Program-made: the position numbers and the translations under genes
Shown: piece by piece, positions 33,795-64,000 of the stretch
How positions within the stretch are numbered: position 1 is the stretch's first letter
How the letters are laid out: every line of letters starts with the position of its first letter
Notes under the pieces: generated by a model
Told to the model about the DNA's origin: nothing
Database searches by the model: none
The model's input: the letters and a program-made list of their open reading frames with translations, nothing else
Origin: Lama glama
Lineage: Eukaryota
Length of the DNA: 64,000 bases
NCBI GenBank assembly: GCA_028534125.1
Contig: CM052825.1
Span: 24,800,001-24,864,000 of the forward strand
Direction of reading: 5' to 3'

Positions 33795-33932
33795 TGCGCA
33801 AATAAATACCTCCCAGCGCCTCCTGGGAGCAGAGAGGGACCAGCAGCACGGCTGCTCAGGTGACAGGAGCCTGGGCACATACTCAGCATCTGGGAGACCC
33901 CAGTGGGGCTGGGCAGCCGCTCACGCACAGCC

Positions 33933-63947
<30,015 letters not shown>

Positions 63948-64000
63948 TCATGCTGGCCCCTCCCCAACTCCCACCTGCAGGGAGGTGACACCCCAGCCTC

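Overview
Mammalian genomic DNA, GC-rich, containing the tail-to-tail PKD1/TSC2 locus. tRNA-Ala-derived Vic-1-like SINEs suggest a camelid (inference). PKD1 (polycystin-1) is on the + strand: positions 1-4177 are the 3' part of intron 1, exons 2-46 run from 4178 to the stop at 32658, and the poly(A) signal is at 33718. TSC2 (tuberin) is on the - strand: exons 8-42 (human numbering) run from 63926 to the stop at 33933, with the poly(A) signal at 33794-33789. I walked every splice junction by hand. The exon lengths sum to in-frame CDSs (PKD1 12,715 nt in window; TSC2 4,806 nt), so both genes look intact. Other elements are the miR-1225 mirtron (PKD1 intron 45), miR-17, miR-200 and Pumilio motifs in the PKD1 3'UTR, L1, L2, MIR, MER3, MLT1 and SINE remnants, and a 149-N gap. 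I see no new protein-coding system, and most of the ORF track is GC-rich noise. The best leads are RNA-processing elements: (1) a perfect 18-bp palindrome carrying AATAAA on both strands between the convergent genes; (2) a 19-nt frameshifting micro-exon candidate in PKD1 intron 12; (3) a back-to-back poly(A) signal in TSC2 intron 26; (4) a GC-AG intron in TSC2; (5) a 25%-GC exon in PKD1. Comparisons with human or mouse are from memory and need verification.
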